Positions 49,819-63,637 of a stretch of 64,000 nt of DNA are shown here, piece after piece (position 1 is the first letter of the stretch; each line of letters begins with the position of its first letter). Origin of the DNA: the human T2T-CHM13v2.0 reference genome, Homo sapiens. Made by a program: the position numbers and the translations under genes. Location: assembly GCF_009914755.1 (NCBI RefSeq), contig NC_060926.1; one strand, given 5' to 3'. The notes under the pieces are model-generated. The model ran no database searches and was not told the DNA's origin. It saw only the letters and a program-made list of their open reading frames with translations.

Positions 49819-49867
49819 AGATGATATGGCAGACATGTATAACTGGTACATGTCTGCCATATCATCT
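49819..49867. repeat. Perfect 21-bp inverted repeat with 7-nt spacer
   Basis: AGATGATATGGCAGACATGTA-taactgg-TACATGTCTGCCATATCATCT. Confidence 0.97.
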
Positions 49868-50212
49868 GAGATATGTACAGTCAACAAGAGAGAACAGTCA
49901 AGCCTTTCACAATGGCTCTTCATTTATCTGACTGCTGGATGGACCAGAATTCTCCATACCTCTGTGCAATAGCAGCTCAGAGCTGGAGGCGTCCCCCTAG
50001 TATACCAGCACATGTCTGCTATACCAATCAGTTTTCTTTTATTTTTTATATTATTTAAACATTTTTTGTGGCCACATAGTAGGTATATCTATTTATGGGG
50101 TACATGAGATGTTTTGATACAGGCATGCAATATGAAATAAGCACATCATGGAGAATGGGGCATCCATCCCCTCAAGCATTTATCCCTTGAGTTACAAAGT
50201 ATCCAATTACCT

Positions 50213-50515
50213 TTTTTTTTTCTGAAACAGGGTCTCATTCTGTTGCCCAGGCTGGAGTGCAATGGCATGATCTTGGCTCATTGCAATCTCTGCCTCCTGG
50301 GTTCAAGCAATCCTCCCATCTCAGCCCTCTGAGTAGCTGAGACTACAGGTGTGCACCACCATGTCCAGCTAAATTTTGTTTTTGTTTTCATTTCTTTGTA
50401 GAGATGGGGTTTCTCCATGTTACCCAGGCTGGTCTCGAACTCCGGATCTCAAGTGATCCACCTGCCTTGGCCTCCCAATGTGCTGGGATTATAGGCGTGA
50501 ACCCTCGTGCCTGGC
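50213..50515 (-). mobile_element. Alu (Jb/Sz-like)
   Basis: Reverse Alu within the L1. Confidence 0.92.
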
Positions 50516-50934
50516 TGCATTCTTTATTTTAAAATAATTAAGTTATTATTGACTATAATCACCCTACTGTGCTACCAAATAGTCTTATTCATTCTAATTT
50601 TTTTTTGTACCCATTAATCATTCCACCTCCCATCCAACCCTTCACTACCCCTCTAAGCTTCTGGTAACCATTCTTCTACTCTTTATGTCCCTGAGTTCAG
50701 TTGATTTGATTTTTAGATCCCACACATAAGTGAGAATATACAATGTTTGTCTTTCTGTACCTGGCTTATTTCATTTAACATAGTGATCTCCAGTTCCATC
50801 CATGTCGTTGCAAATGACTTGATCTCCTTCTTTTTTGTGGCTGCATAGTACTCCATTGTGTATATGTACCACATTTCCTTTATCCATTCGTCTGTTGATG
50901 GACACGTAGATTGCTTCCAAATCTTAGCTATAGT

Positions 50935-50978
50935 ATACTCTGGTTTCTCTTCAGATTGCATAAATCTTTCACCTTTTA
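50935..50978 (+). pseudogene. U5 snRNA retropseudogene, 3'-truncated (U5 nt 1-44), no poly(A)
   Basis: ATACTCTGGTTTCTCTTCAGATtGCATAAATCTTTCaCCTTTTA equals the U5 5' end with two CpG-type changes. Flanked by an 18-bp direct repeat CCAAATCTTAGCTAT(A/T)GT at 50917-50934 and 50979-50996. Confidence 0.92.
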
Positions 50979-51681
50979 CCAAATCTTAGCTATTGTAAAC
51001 AGTGCTACAACAAACATGGGAGTGCAGATATCTCTTTGATACACTGATTTCCTTTCTTTTGAATAGATACCCAATAGTGGGATTGCTGGATCATATGGTA
51101 GTGCAATTTTTAGTTTTTTGAGGAACCTCCACACAGTTCTCCATGGTGGTTGTACTAATTTACATTCCCACAAACAGTGTACAAGGGTCCCCTTTTCTCT
51201 ACTTCCTTTCCAGCATTTGTTATTGACTGTCATTTGGATATAAGCCATTTTAACTGGGGTGAGATGATATCTCGGTGTAGTTTTGATTTGAATTTCTCTG
51301 ATGATCAATGATTTTGAGCACCTTTTCATATGCCTGTTTGCTATCTGTATGTCTTCTTTTGAGAAATGTCTATTCAAATCTTTTGCCCATTTTTTGACCA
51401 GATGGTTTTAAATTAGCCATTTCACTCTAATTCCTGATGGTTGAAATTACTATTTTAACGAAGTAATTTAATTAAATATTAAATAAATAAGTGATTAAAT
51501 ATGAATGCATAAAAAGACATTTGTTTATGTAAAAATAAGGTTGAAAGATTTGATAAAATGAAATTAAGAGAAAAACTATTCAATTACATGTGGCTGAGCT
51601 AGCACTTAAAGAGTTAGAGAAAAATATGGATTAATATCCAGAAGGACTCTATAGTCAGATTGTTCCACAAGCATCTTTTAT

Positions 51682-51996
<315 letters not shown>

Positions 51997-53829
51997 CCCT
52001 ACAAGCAATTGGCCTGTTAAAAAAAAAAAATTCTAAAACTGGAATTTGTTGATGGTGCACTGTGGGTGTGATTTAGCAGGAATGATGCCACTGAACTCTA
52101 AACAGCAGACCCATTCCCAAAGGAACAACCTGGACCCTGTCTCACTAGATTACAGAATTTGTGAACATCTATATATTTGAAGTTAACTAGTGTTCATGTT
52201 TCTGTTTGTTTGTTTTTGACTCTTCAACTTTTTCAATTAACTAATAAGCTGGTACTCAGCTATCATATAGAAATTCTACCTTAATGTGCAAACAAACCAA
52301 ATACAACAAAAACTAAATATTTTACCACTAAAAGTTCAAGACCCAAACTAAGGGACAATATCAAAAAGAAAAAATCAAGAACTGTGATTTTGATGACAAT
52401 AAAGGAGGCACCTCATGGCGGCAGGTGGTGATGGGAAAGCAGACACCAGGCAGGGAGGACTCACGGGAACAGCACGCTCACATCAGAGCCTCTCACCCGA
52501 CTGCTAAGCACCCAGGCGGGTCCTATGGATTCTTGCAACTGTGATAGCCACTTGTTGACATCAGGCCTCAGGTGTTCTTGGGGGTGAAAGCACTGACAAA
52601 ATCTCTGGCATAAAATGATGGATTTGCTAAAAATCAAACAGTTTTTCATTTTCTATGGTCATTGAGGACCTTGTATAAGGCTGAAGATCTAATTTAAAAA
52701 CTGGTATCCTGAAGTTACTGTATCAACATTGATTTCTTAGTTTTGGGGATAAGGGTTGTAATTGGATGGGGGAGAGGCATACAGAAGTATCTGGGGTACA
52801 GTGTCATGTTGCGTGCAGTCTACTTTTGAATGATTTGGGGGAAAGTGGTGTATGTGTATGTGGAGAGAGAGAAAGAGAGAAGGAGAGACAGACAGAGAGA
52901 TGGAGTAGGTGGGACAACTTAACAGTTGGTGAACTTAGATGGGAGGAGACACCAGTGTTTCCGGTACTGTTTGTCAGCTCTTCTGAGGGTTGGGTTTAAA
53001 CTTTTTCCAAAAGAATTTCTTTTAATCCAAGCAACTAATAAATAATTAGGCTTGTGTTAATTTTAACGTGTGTTAAAATAGCCAAAGCCTCTGGTTCCAT
53101 TTTTTGCCATTTTGATCATAGTTGTTCATAATTCATACATACAGAAAATATCTGCATCATGGCACCCCATCAAATAGCCATGCAATTCATAAGCCTTCAA
53201 ATTGGATGCAAATAAACCAGCTGTCCATCCACTGATTCATCCAGTCAATCCATAAACACTTGTTTACGACATCTTATATGCCAAAGATACCAGTGTGACT
53301 ATGACTGCACAATTCCTTCTCTCCTGGGACAAACAGTCATCAGAAAAAAATAGGCATTGAATATCTAACTGCAGAGGCTCAATGGGAGTGTATAGGCAAA
53401 GGGGACCAGTCTAGTCTGGAGAAGATCAACAAACACTTGCTTAAGCTAAGACCGAAAGATTTCCAGTAGCATATGGTGAATGTGACTCTTACTCCAAGAA
53501 ATAAAATTAAGCCTGTCTCAAGGCCCCCACACCTTCTCACAGGTTAGAGAATTGCCAATCTGCTCTTCTTCCCTCTAGCCCTAGAGGCTCAGAATCCAGG
53601 TGTTGTGTGGCATCTGGGAGGCAGAAGAATCAGAGGTGATCATTGCCCATTTGAAAACAGTGGCCGGCTTCCTCCGTGCACACTTGAGCCCAAGGTCCAT
53701 GCCCAGGTTAAGCTTCCTTACCCAGTATCTTGTACCCTTGGGTGAAGGACTCAGGCTTTCCTTTCGGAGGCCCTGCTGCCTCTTCCAGATGCTGTGAGGG
53801 AGTAGCATGCTCGGGGGTGGGAGGGGGCA

Positions 53830-53881
53830 CTGAGGACTTGCATTTCTGAGGACTTGCATTTCTGAGGACTTGCATTTCTGA
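53830..53881. repeat. 16-bp tandem repeat x3.25 within a MER5 fragment
   Basis: (ctgaggacttgcattt)3 ctga, perfect copies; followed by MER5-like acaag..ccaggagatgctg..ccacactttgag. Confidence 0.93.
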
Positions 53882-54137
53882 CAAGTCTCCAGGAGATGCT
53901 GCCGTCTGGGAATCCACACTTTGAGTTTTAGTAGAGTATACTTAAAAGATGTGGTTGAAAAGAGCATTAAAGTTTAAAAACCCAGAAAGACAAGATTAAA
54001 ATCATTTAGTCAAGACATGACTTCATGATCCCAAATATCTGGGAGGAAAATTGCAATGAGTTAGTCTTCTAGAAATAAGAAATATGCAACTTTGAGGAGA
54101 CTATAGAATTTCCTTCTCAGTCGGTTACTTTCTCTTC

Positions 54138-54952
<815 letters not shown>

Positions 54953-55316
54953 TTACTTTCCATTCCTATAAACTGCAGTGTATATGAACATGATGAGTGT
55001 CAAATGATGAATGCCTCAAAATTACTGTGTGCTCCCTTCCTGGAATGACAGCAAGGCCTACTGCCCAAGACTAAGGAAAGATATTCAGTTAAAGATACTC
55101 TTGTTTGTGTGGGTTTTTTTGTTTTGGTTGCATAAGTAGAATTCTCCACCTTAGGAATATCTAGCATTTCTTTTTTTATTTTCCCTACTAACCATCCAGT
55201 ATATCTCCTAGATTTGCCTGGCCTCTGCCATCAACATATTTTCTGGAGAAAGCAAATTAATTTTCAGTTAATATTAACCTGAAGAAAAAATAATAAAGCA
55301 AAGGATTAATATGTAA

Positions 55317-55646
<330 letters not shown>

Positions 55647-56056
55647 AAAACACATTTTAAGTCTATTATTTGAAACTATTTCTTTATTTGTTCCTCTGCT
55701 GGCAGAGAAAAGTTTTAAAAATTTGATGTCCATTGGAGCTGGAATGTGCATAGGTGTGAGGGCTGGGGGGTAAGTGTGTCACAGTGACTAGTTAGGTAGG
55801 ATAAGGTATGTCTAACTCACAGCTGAATTTTTTGTTTTGGTTTTGGTTTTATAAGAAAGAACATTCTGTTGTTCAAAATATTTGAGAATAAAAAAAGAAA
55901 GAACATTCTGATACTAGCATTAATGAGTTAGTTTGTTCTCTTTAAAGATGTGTAATGGGTATTGATCCTCTTCCCAGTCTTAAACATTATTTAAGTCAAA
56001 GAAAACCTTAATATCACCTATGGAATATATTGCATATTAATCTACACAAATATATA

Positions 56057-56140
56057 TAAGGTTGGTGCAAAAGTTATTGTGGCTTTTGCCATTGAAAGTA
56101 ATGGCAAAAAAATTGTCCAAGTAATGGCACTAACCAAATA
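56057..56140. mobile_element. MADE1 (Hsmar1 MITE)
   Basis: taaggttggtgcaaaagttattgtggcttttgccattgaaagtaatggcaaaaa...aaccaaata. Confidence 0.88.
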
Positions 56141-56211
56141 CATTGTGTTCTACATAAAAGGTACATATACATGTATACATTATACATATATACACATACA
56201 CATATATGAAC

Positions 56212-56293
56212 ATTATGTAGAACCTAAGAATTTGCCAGTATTTGACCACTTTTTAACTATGACAGCAGCAATTTCTTATGATTCAATTAGATA
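56212..56293. mobile_element. MADE2-like mariner MITE
   Basis: attatgtagaacc..gaatttgcc..tatttgacc..ttttt...gcaatttcttatgattcaa..ata follows the MADE2 pattern as I recall it. Confidence 0.65.
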
Positions 56294-56338
56294 TTATCCT
56301 GAAAAAAAGGATAGCTTTGTCGTTTCCATATATAAATT

Positions 56339-56391
56339 ATTAGGTTGGTACAAAGGTAATTAAAAGTAATGGCAAAAACGGCCATTACTTT
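56339..56391. mobile_element. Second MADE1, internally deleted
   Basis: attaggttggtacaaaggtaatt|aaaagtaatggcaaaaacggccattacttt. Confidence 0.8.
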
Positions 56392-56653
56392 AACACTTAA
56401 AATTCCCAAGTACAATACAAATGATGTATTCTTATCCGACATTTCTCCCTTATGCAACATGTTCTCAGTTTTCTACTTTATTGCTATTCATATATTGATA
56501 TATTTCTATTGATATATTGCTACAAGGTCACCTGGCTCCTAACAGATAGTGTCCAATACTCGAAGAACAGAGAAATGCATTTGCTTTTACCCTGCCGGTT
56601 GGGATTTATTCAGCTGTTTCTAAACAAAACCCTTTCTCTTTCCCTCTTCCTAG

Positions 56654-56839
<186 letters not shown>

Positions 56840-57810
56840 TAATTGTATATAAACATTAACCTAAAAAAAAAAAAAGAAAAAAGTCATCTAGGAAGCTTCA
56901 GATACCTTGTATATACAATGGCAATTAAATTACAACTCTCTCGGTCTGTAAAGAATAAGTAGCAAATGAGAAAAAGAAAAAGAAAGTTTATGACAAGTCT
57001 CCATATGTATACACTATTTACAATGTTGCTAAACACAAGAGAAGAACTGAAAACGATTTGATTCATTCACTTTGACAGAAAATAAACATTGAAATTCACA
57101 GATTTTTGTCCTGCAGCATTGGTTCAAGTTCGCCCCCTGGTGGAGAAATCCCACAGCAGCACACTGGTTGAGGCAAAACTTAGCAGAGGGAAGTAGCTCC
57201 ATTGCAGAATTCAAGAAAAAAAGGAATGCCGTGAAATCTCATTAATTCGCTCCATTAACTTGCAATTTGTGATAATTAAGATAGAGGCAGAACTAAAGTT
57301 TTTTTCTTTGTTTACCAAACCCTTTCCTCAGAGACACTAATTAATTGTTTAACAACATTGAAGGATGACTATTTTAAAATATTTTAAGAACATATTTAAG
57401 CTCTTTATCTAAACTAATTTCTATATAATGTGTATGCTAATTATAATAATTATACTTATTTTAAATTATTTCATAATTCACATGTAGTTGGATTTAGGTT
57501 TTTTCTTGAATCTGTGAATGTATTCTAATTCAGGTTCCCATTGAGAAGCACTTTCTCTGTGATTCTCCTTGCATTCAAGAAGCATTTATTGAGTTTCTAT
57601 TATTTGCAAGATGCTACTGTAGGGTGTATAAAAGTAACTGAGTAGCGAGAGGGGTCTAGCACATTCTTTTATTTCTCTTCTTGTTGAGTGTGTGTGCACA
57701 CACACAATGTAAAATAGCTGACTTGTTCTTTTTTGTTTTAATTTGCCAATTGTGTAACTAAATTGACCCAATTAACCAAATCAGCCGGTGGCCTTTACTG
57801 TTGAAGAGTA

Positions 57811-58140
57811 CAGTCGGCCCTCCTTATCCACGGTTTCTGAATCCTCAGAATCAACCAATGGCATACTGAAAATACTTCTGGGAGGGGGGGATATAATAAA
57901 AAATAATACAACAATTAAAGATAATACAAATAAAAAAATGCAGTATAACAACCATTTGCAAAGCATTTGCATTGTATTAGGTATTATAAGTCACCTAGAG
58001 ATTTAAGGTATATGGAAGGATGTTCTAGGTTATATGCAAATACGATGCCATTTTGTATAAGGGACTTAAGAATCCACAGGTTTTCGTGTGGGGGGGAAGG
58101 TCCTGGAACCAATCCCCCACCGACACTGAGGGACAAACGT
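57811..58140 (+). mobile_element. MER2 (TcMar-Tigger)
   Basis: cagtcggccctccttatcc...gcattgtattaggtattataagt...gtcctggaaccaatcccc...gagggac. Confidence 0.88.
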
Positions 58141-58826
58141 AATTCCAAGATACAAATCCATGGAAAAATTATTTGTTGGTAGAACTGTGTCAAGCCTTGG
58201 GCTTAAAGTACTTTCACTCACTTTTACTAGGTACTTTCCCCTAATATTATCTGACTCCTTCTAGAACATTACTGAGCTCACACCTTTTTGGTTATGCCAC
58301 CCTTGCTACCTTTCCTGCATCTCCTACACAAATAACAGATTAAATTACTAACTCCTGTGTATTAAAGAAAGGGCTCAGACTCATAACCTGCCTGGTGGCG
58401 TTCTTTCAAGCTACATAGTAATTATGCACACTCCCCAGGCACCTTCTTGCACCTGACCCTCACTGTCTCTCCATCCCACAACAAACACTCCACTAACCTT
58501 GATGCTTCTACCTGGGCTTTCCCTTTCATTTTTTATTCCGTCTCCCTTAAGCTCTGCTCTACATAGCCCTACCATTTGGGAGAAAGTCAAGTTTCTACAA
58601 GACCAAGAGCCACCACTTTCAAGCCTATAGACAAATACTAACAACTGGTAGCTTTCTGGTTGCCTATGTAGTCACTCCTGAGTGCTAATTATGATTTTTT
58701 TAATCCAAGGAAAAAACATGCAAAGAGTCACCATGAAGTCATAAACAAGAGAACATAATGGTTATTGGTGTGTTTATTGTGGGATAGTTGCTGCTCTGTG
58801 TGTTTCTCACCTCGTTTTGGTTTTAA

Positions 58827-58958
<132 letters not shown>

Positions 58959-59059
58959 TAACCCTCTTCCTGCCTACCCCCTGGCTGCTGCAAACCTGGA
59001 GAGAATTCCACATCTTAGCCAACTGCTAGGTGCATGGTGAACTCCTGGTTTCCGGTATT

Positions 59060-59790
59060 AGTGGGCCACATAGAACCGCAACCTGCTCCAAGACTATTGC
59101 AAATGATCATCATTAGCTTCAAGTCTGTGGCTCCAGTTCATCTCCCTCCCTAACCTACAGTGTCTACATCTGCATCTGTTCCTACCTCTATTCCTCCTAC
59201 AGTGAAAACTCAGAGCTCTTTTTGCTTCTATTCAAGACCTGTCCAACCACCTGTGCCCCATCTTTGGGATTCCTTGTTCCACGAGGTGCCTCCCCTCTCT
59301 CCGGACATTCCAACTTTTCTTTTGTTATTGGCTTTTCTCTTTCAGTTCTTAAACATGCAAATATTTTCCATGATAATACAAAACTTCCTCTCCATCTTTT
59401 AGGTCTTGTGACCAAAGGATTGCTATCTTCTCCCTGACTTTCCTTTCTCTGTCAAACTTCTTAAAAGAATAGTCAAACATGCTGCCTGTAGTTCATCTAC
59501 TATTCAGTCCTTAGCAATAATTTGCCTTCTACCACCTCTCCTCTGAAAACACTCCAGCAAAGATCACCAATGACCTTCAAGTGGCCAATGCCAATACATA
59601 CTTTTGTGTCTTAATCTGACCTGAACCCCTCTGCTTAGTTTCAAATTGTGTGGATCGCTCTCCTCTCCTTGAAACACTTGTCTGTCTTTCTTTCTGTATT
59701 TCTCCTGTCTCTCTATCCTTCCCTTCCTTTGTGGGTTTCTCTTTTCCTTCTGGTCCCTTAAACATCCCGAGTCTATGACCCTTCACACTC
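59060..59790 (+). mobile_element. L2 fragment
   Basis: caaagatcaccaatgaccttcaagtggccaa...ctcctctccttgaaacact. Confidence 0.6.
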
Positions 59791-60077
59791 ATCACACATT
59801 CTTATCCTAAAGTCTGTGATACAGCAAAGGGCTTTGTTTAAATAAATACCATAGAGGATTTACTAAATAACTGAATAACCACTGGATTTGCTGAGTACTC
59901 TTTCCTGCTGTGGACATTAGCTAGACTTAAGCCTGGCTTCTCACGCACCCACACATTCATTCCCCTGACTACTGACCTCCAGCAAGCTATAAACCAACTA
60001 ATAAGCTATGAAAAATGATTATAATTGATCTATACAGGTCTTTTACAAATTTCATAATATATTAGAATATGTATTAG

Positions 60078-60366
60078 AGGCCAGACACAGTGGCTCATGC
60101 CTGTAATCCCATTGCTCTGGGAGGCTGAGGCAGGAGGATCACTTGAGCCCACGAGTTTGAGGTCAACCTGGGCAACATAAGGAGACCCAGTTTCTACCAA
60201 AAATACAAAAATTAGCCAGGTGTGGTGGCATATGCCTGTGGTCTCAGCTACTCAGGAGGCTGAGGTAGGAGGATTGCTTGAGCCCTGGAGGCGGAGGCTG
60301 CAGTGAGCCATGATCATGCTACTGCACTCCAGCCTGGGTAATAGAGCGAGACTCCATTAAAAAAAT
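60078..60366 (+). mobile_element. AluJ
   Basis: ggaggatcacttgagccc, gagccatgatc; TSD atatgtatta. Confidence 0.93.
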
Positions 60367-60439
60367 ATATACGTGTGTGTATATATATATATGTATTAAA
60401 ATAATGTATGAAATATGTAAATGATAATCAAAGCCAAAG

Positions 60440-60665
60440 CCAACCTACTGCATATGTACTCTGTGCCAGGCATTGGGCCATCTATTTCTCCCTGGATCTC
60501 ATTTACTCCTCACATCAATCCCACAAATCATGACTGTGGTGATTTACAATGTAGTTCCCATCATTACCTCCACTACATGGATGAGAAAACGGACACAGAG
60601 CACTTGAGTAATTTTTCCTGGGTCACGCAGCTCACAGGAAGCAAAATCAGAGTTCAAACCTGGTT
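60440..60665 (-). mobile_element. MIR
   Basis: tactctgtgccaggca...ggatgagaaaac...ggtcacgcagct...ttcaaacc. Confidence 0.65.
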
Positions 60666-60671
60666 TGACAC

Positions 60672-61467
60672 TGTGTGTGGGATTTTCCTCAAACCAAACA
60701 ATTCTCCAACTCTCTGGATGCCAACTGGGTACCCCTCAATTCAGTTATGACATTAAATACCTGGGGTTAGTGCAGACCCCATAGGGTAAGGGCTCAGTCC
60801 CACAAGACTGTCCCTGTTTCAGGACTAGTCATAAGTAGTGGGTCCTCAGTTACCCATAATGCCGTCCAACTTGGCTACAAATAAATCAGGGGTTCCCATG
60901 ACCTCCTCCTCTGCTTTGATAATTTGCTAAAGAGTCTCATAGAACTCATGGGAACATTTATCAGTTTATTATAAGGGATATGAATGAGAGATGAAGAGAT
61001 ACACAGGAGAAGGTCCAGAAGGGTCCCAAGTGCAGGAGCTTCTGTCGCCATGGAGTTAAGGTGCATTACCGTCCTGGAACGTGAACGTTCACCCACCCAG
61101 AAGCTCTCTGAACACCATGCTTCAGGGATTCTTATGGAGGTGTCATCATGTGGGCAGGATCAATTATAAACTCAATCTCCAGCTCCGCTTTCCTCACTGA
61201 AGGGTGCAGCTGGAGCTCAAAGTTTCAAGCTTCTAATCAAGACTTGGTCTTTCTGATGACCAGCCCCCATCTGGGAGCCCACCAAGAGTTGCCTCCTTAG
61301 AACAAAAGACACTTCTATCACCCAGGATATTCCAAGTGAGGTCAAACACCAAATATTAGAACAAAAGATGGTCTTTACTCCCCTATCACTCAGAATATTA
61401 GAAGGGTTTTAGGAGCTCTGTGTCAGGAACCAAAGGCACAGAACAAATATGTGTTTCTTATGTCACA
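60672..61467. mobile_element. MER21-family LTR
   Basis: caattctccaactctctgg...agggctcagtcccacaagactg...aggagctctgtgtcaggaacc...gtcaca. Confidence 0.85.
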
Positions 61468-62634
61468 TATATGATGCCAGAATCAAACTCTTGAAACCAC
61501 ACCCACAGCTTACATGTAAAATGCAAAATCTTGCTGTTTTCCAGTAATCCTGCCATTTCCCTGTCTACCATATCCATGTATGTGTTCTTTTTGTCCATTT
61601 CTCCTTCTTCCGATCCTAATTTTGAAAAAGTCATCCAGATTCTGGGCAGAAACTGAACACTGACTTCCTCTAAGGCATGGACCCAGGTTTTCTTCCATTT
61701 CTATTGGTAGAACGAGTTTGCCACTTCAACCCTGGACTTAGATCAGCCTAATGCCAATTCCGTTTTTAAAAAAATTGTTATCTGTAGCCTACTCTGTTTA
61801 ATTCTCTTCAGCATTTCTTTAGAGATGCTGAAATTCATTAAAATAGTCACAAACACATGGCACTTAGTATGGGTTACATGAGTGCAGGCATTCCAGAAGA
61901 TTAATCCAGAAAACCTGAGTACCATGTTGTCATAGATTGATATTTTAAAGCATGTAAGGCTTACAGATATGTATGAATAGCTACAAAAGATAATACAATC
62001 AAAGGCAGACAATTAGAGAATATTAAAACCTGACCAAAAAGATGTTTTAGATTTACAAGATTCCTATCTTAATTTTAAATGTTTTCTGCATGAAAAAAGT
62101 TTACAATGAGAAAGTAAAACCTGCAAGTAAAACCTTCTGCTTTCGGCATCACGTGAATAGAATTCTGTGGGAAGGGGAATGGCCTTGAACACAGCCATGC
62201 ACCCCGGAATTCCGCCATAGATGGGAGAGACTGACTTTGGCCTTGACAGTGCAATCTCAGAGGATTCTGTAACAACCCTTTTCTCAAATAATAACAATAA
62301 AATTAAAAATCAAAACATACTGAAACTCTCTGGAATGATGAAAATGGCTTTTGGACAATGAAACTTTCACACCACGTGGCCTAGCTGAAACAGTCACCAT
62401 TTAAGCTTATTCTCCAAGAAATAGGACGTCGAAACTGAATGCATTACATGCCCAAAGCAAGTTTATCTCTGGTTCAGGCAGTCCTTACTTGGCTATATAT
62501 TTCCTTGTGCATGTCAGGCACATTTTGTTAATAGAGTGTTTCTTGTGCACAGAAATACTGGCTGGCATTCTCATCCACAACTGTAGTTGTGTCATTCATT
62601 TTTATCAGACCTCAGCAGCTGTGAGGCTAATTAG

Positions 62635-62800
62635 GACTTTTGCACAGACTTTAATGTGCACAAGAATCACTAAAGAATCATGTTAAACATGCAGATTCTC
62701 GGTCAATAGTCTGGGAGGTGAGGCAGATCTAAGATTCTACATTTCTGATAAGCTTCCAGGTAATGCTAATGCTGCAGGCCCCAAACCCCACTTTGAGTAG
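62635..62800. mobile_element. MER5-type fossil
   Basis: aagaatcac...catgcagattct...catttctgataagcttccaggtaatgctaatgctgc...ccactttgagtag. Confidence 0.75.
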
Positions 62801-63006
62801 CAAGGGTTTGAATGAATTTTTGTCTTTTCTGATAAACAATTATCAAGTTCCAATGAAATAAGCAAGCAATTGAATCTTATTAACAATGAAATAATCAGAA
62901 GGGCAAAACAGCTTGGCATGTGACTGAGACTGGGTTTGATGTATGGGTTTCTTAGTGCCAAATAATTTTCAGAGTGTTTACTTTTTCTTTTTTCACTTGA
63001 ATCTAG

Positions 63007-63051
63007 GGCTTTCCAGGACTTCCAGGACTCACGGGTTCCAAAGGTGTAAGG
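63007..63051 (+). CDS. COL4A3: COL4A3 exon 4 (45 bp): GFPGLPGLTGSKGVR
   Basis: Acceptor ctttttctttttcacttgaatctAG, donor GTTAGT at 63052, five Gly-X-Y triplets. Confidence 0.95.
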
Positions 63052-63094
63052 GTTAGTAGTCCAACCAGTCCACCCTGATCGTTAAAAGATCAGC

Positions 63095-63400
63095 TTTTCA
63101 CAGTAAGAGTTATACAAATGTCAGAAAGGAGTACACTGTGTATGGTTCCATAGATGAAGTTCAAGAACAGGTAATACTAATCTGTAATGGTAGATGTCAA
63201 AGGAGTGGTTACCACATTAGGGGCAAGTGTTAAACTGACCAAGAAAGGCCATGAAGGAACCTCTGGAGTGATAAAGATGCTCTGTGTCTGATGAGATGAT
63301 GGTATATAAAACTGCACATAGGTCAACCTTTGTTAAGCTGTTCAATTAAGCTGTTCTCAAAAGATTGGAGCACTTCATTGCATGCAAATTGTACCTTAGG
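63095..63400 (+). mobile_element. Old L1ME/MC 3' fragment
   Basis: tacactgtgtatggttccat...aagttcaagaacagg..actaatct...gtggttacc. Confidence 0.6.
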
Positions 63401-63637
63401 AATCGATCCAAAAAAGCCAAAAATAATCTTAATGATATCTTTTTAAGAGTTACATAAATGTGAGATTTACAAAAGTTTGTTAAACCTTTAGTATTTGTTT
63501 TCCCAATCGTTTCGAGCTATTCCCAGTTATAGTGGAGGAAAAAGATTATCGCAATGGTAAATAAATTTATGTTTATAGATTGAACATTTTTAAAGTTTTT
63601 TTTTTTTGCCACCCCCTCCTTTTTCCTATGTCTTCAG

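Larger units (their letters stand above)
50032..51395 (-). mobile_element. L1MA (MA1-3-like) 3' end, interrupted by an Alu and the U5 retrocopy
   Basis: Reverse L1MA 3'UTR (tatttatggggtacatgagatgttttgatacaggcatgc) and ORF2 C-terminal remnant ([11 protein letters not shown]..., ...WIKEMWYIYTMEYY). Confidence 0.92.

Noticed and set aside
50713-51377. ORFs resembling the L1 ORF2 C-terminus
   Set aside because: Dead, 5'-truncated L1 fragment interrupted by the U5 insert; not a gene.
55853-55910. Direct repeat aagaaagaacattctg around a short A-ending segment
   Set aside because: Could be a TSD around an extremely truncated insertion, but the ~26-nt insert is too short to identify.
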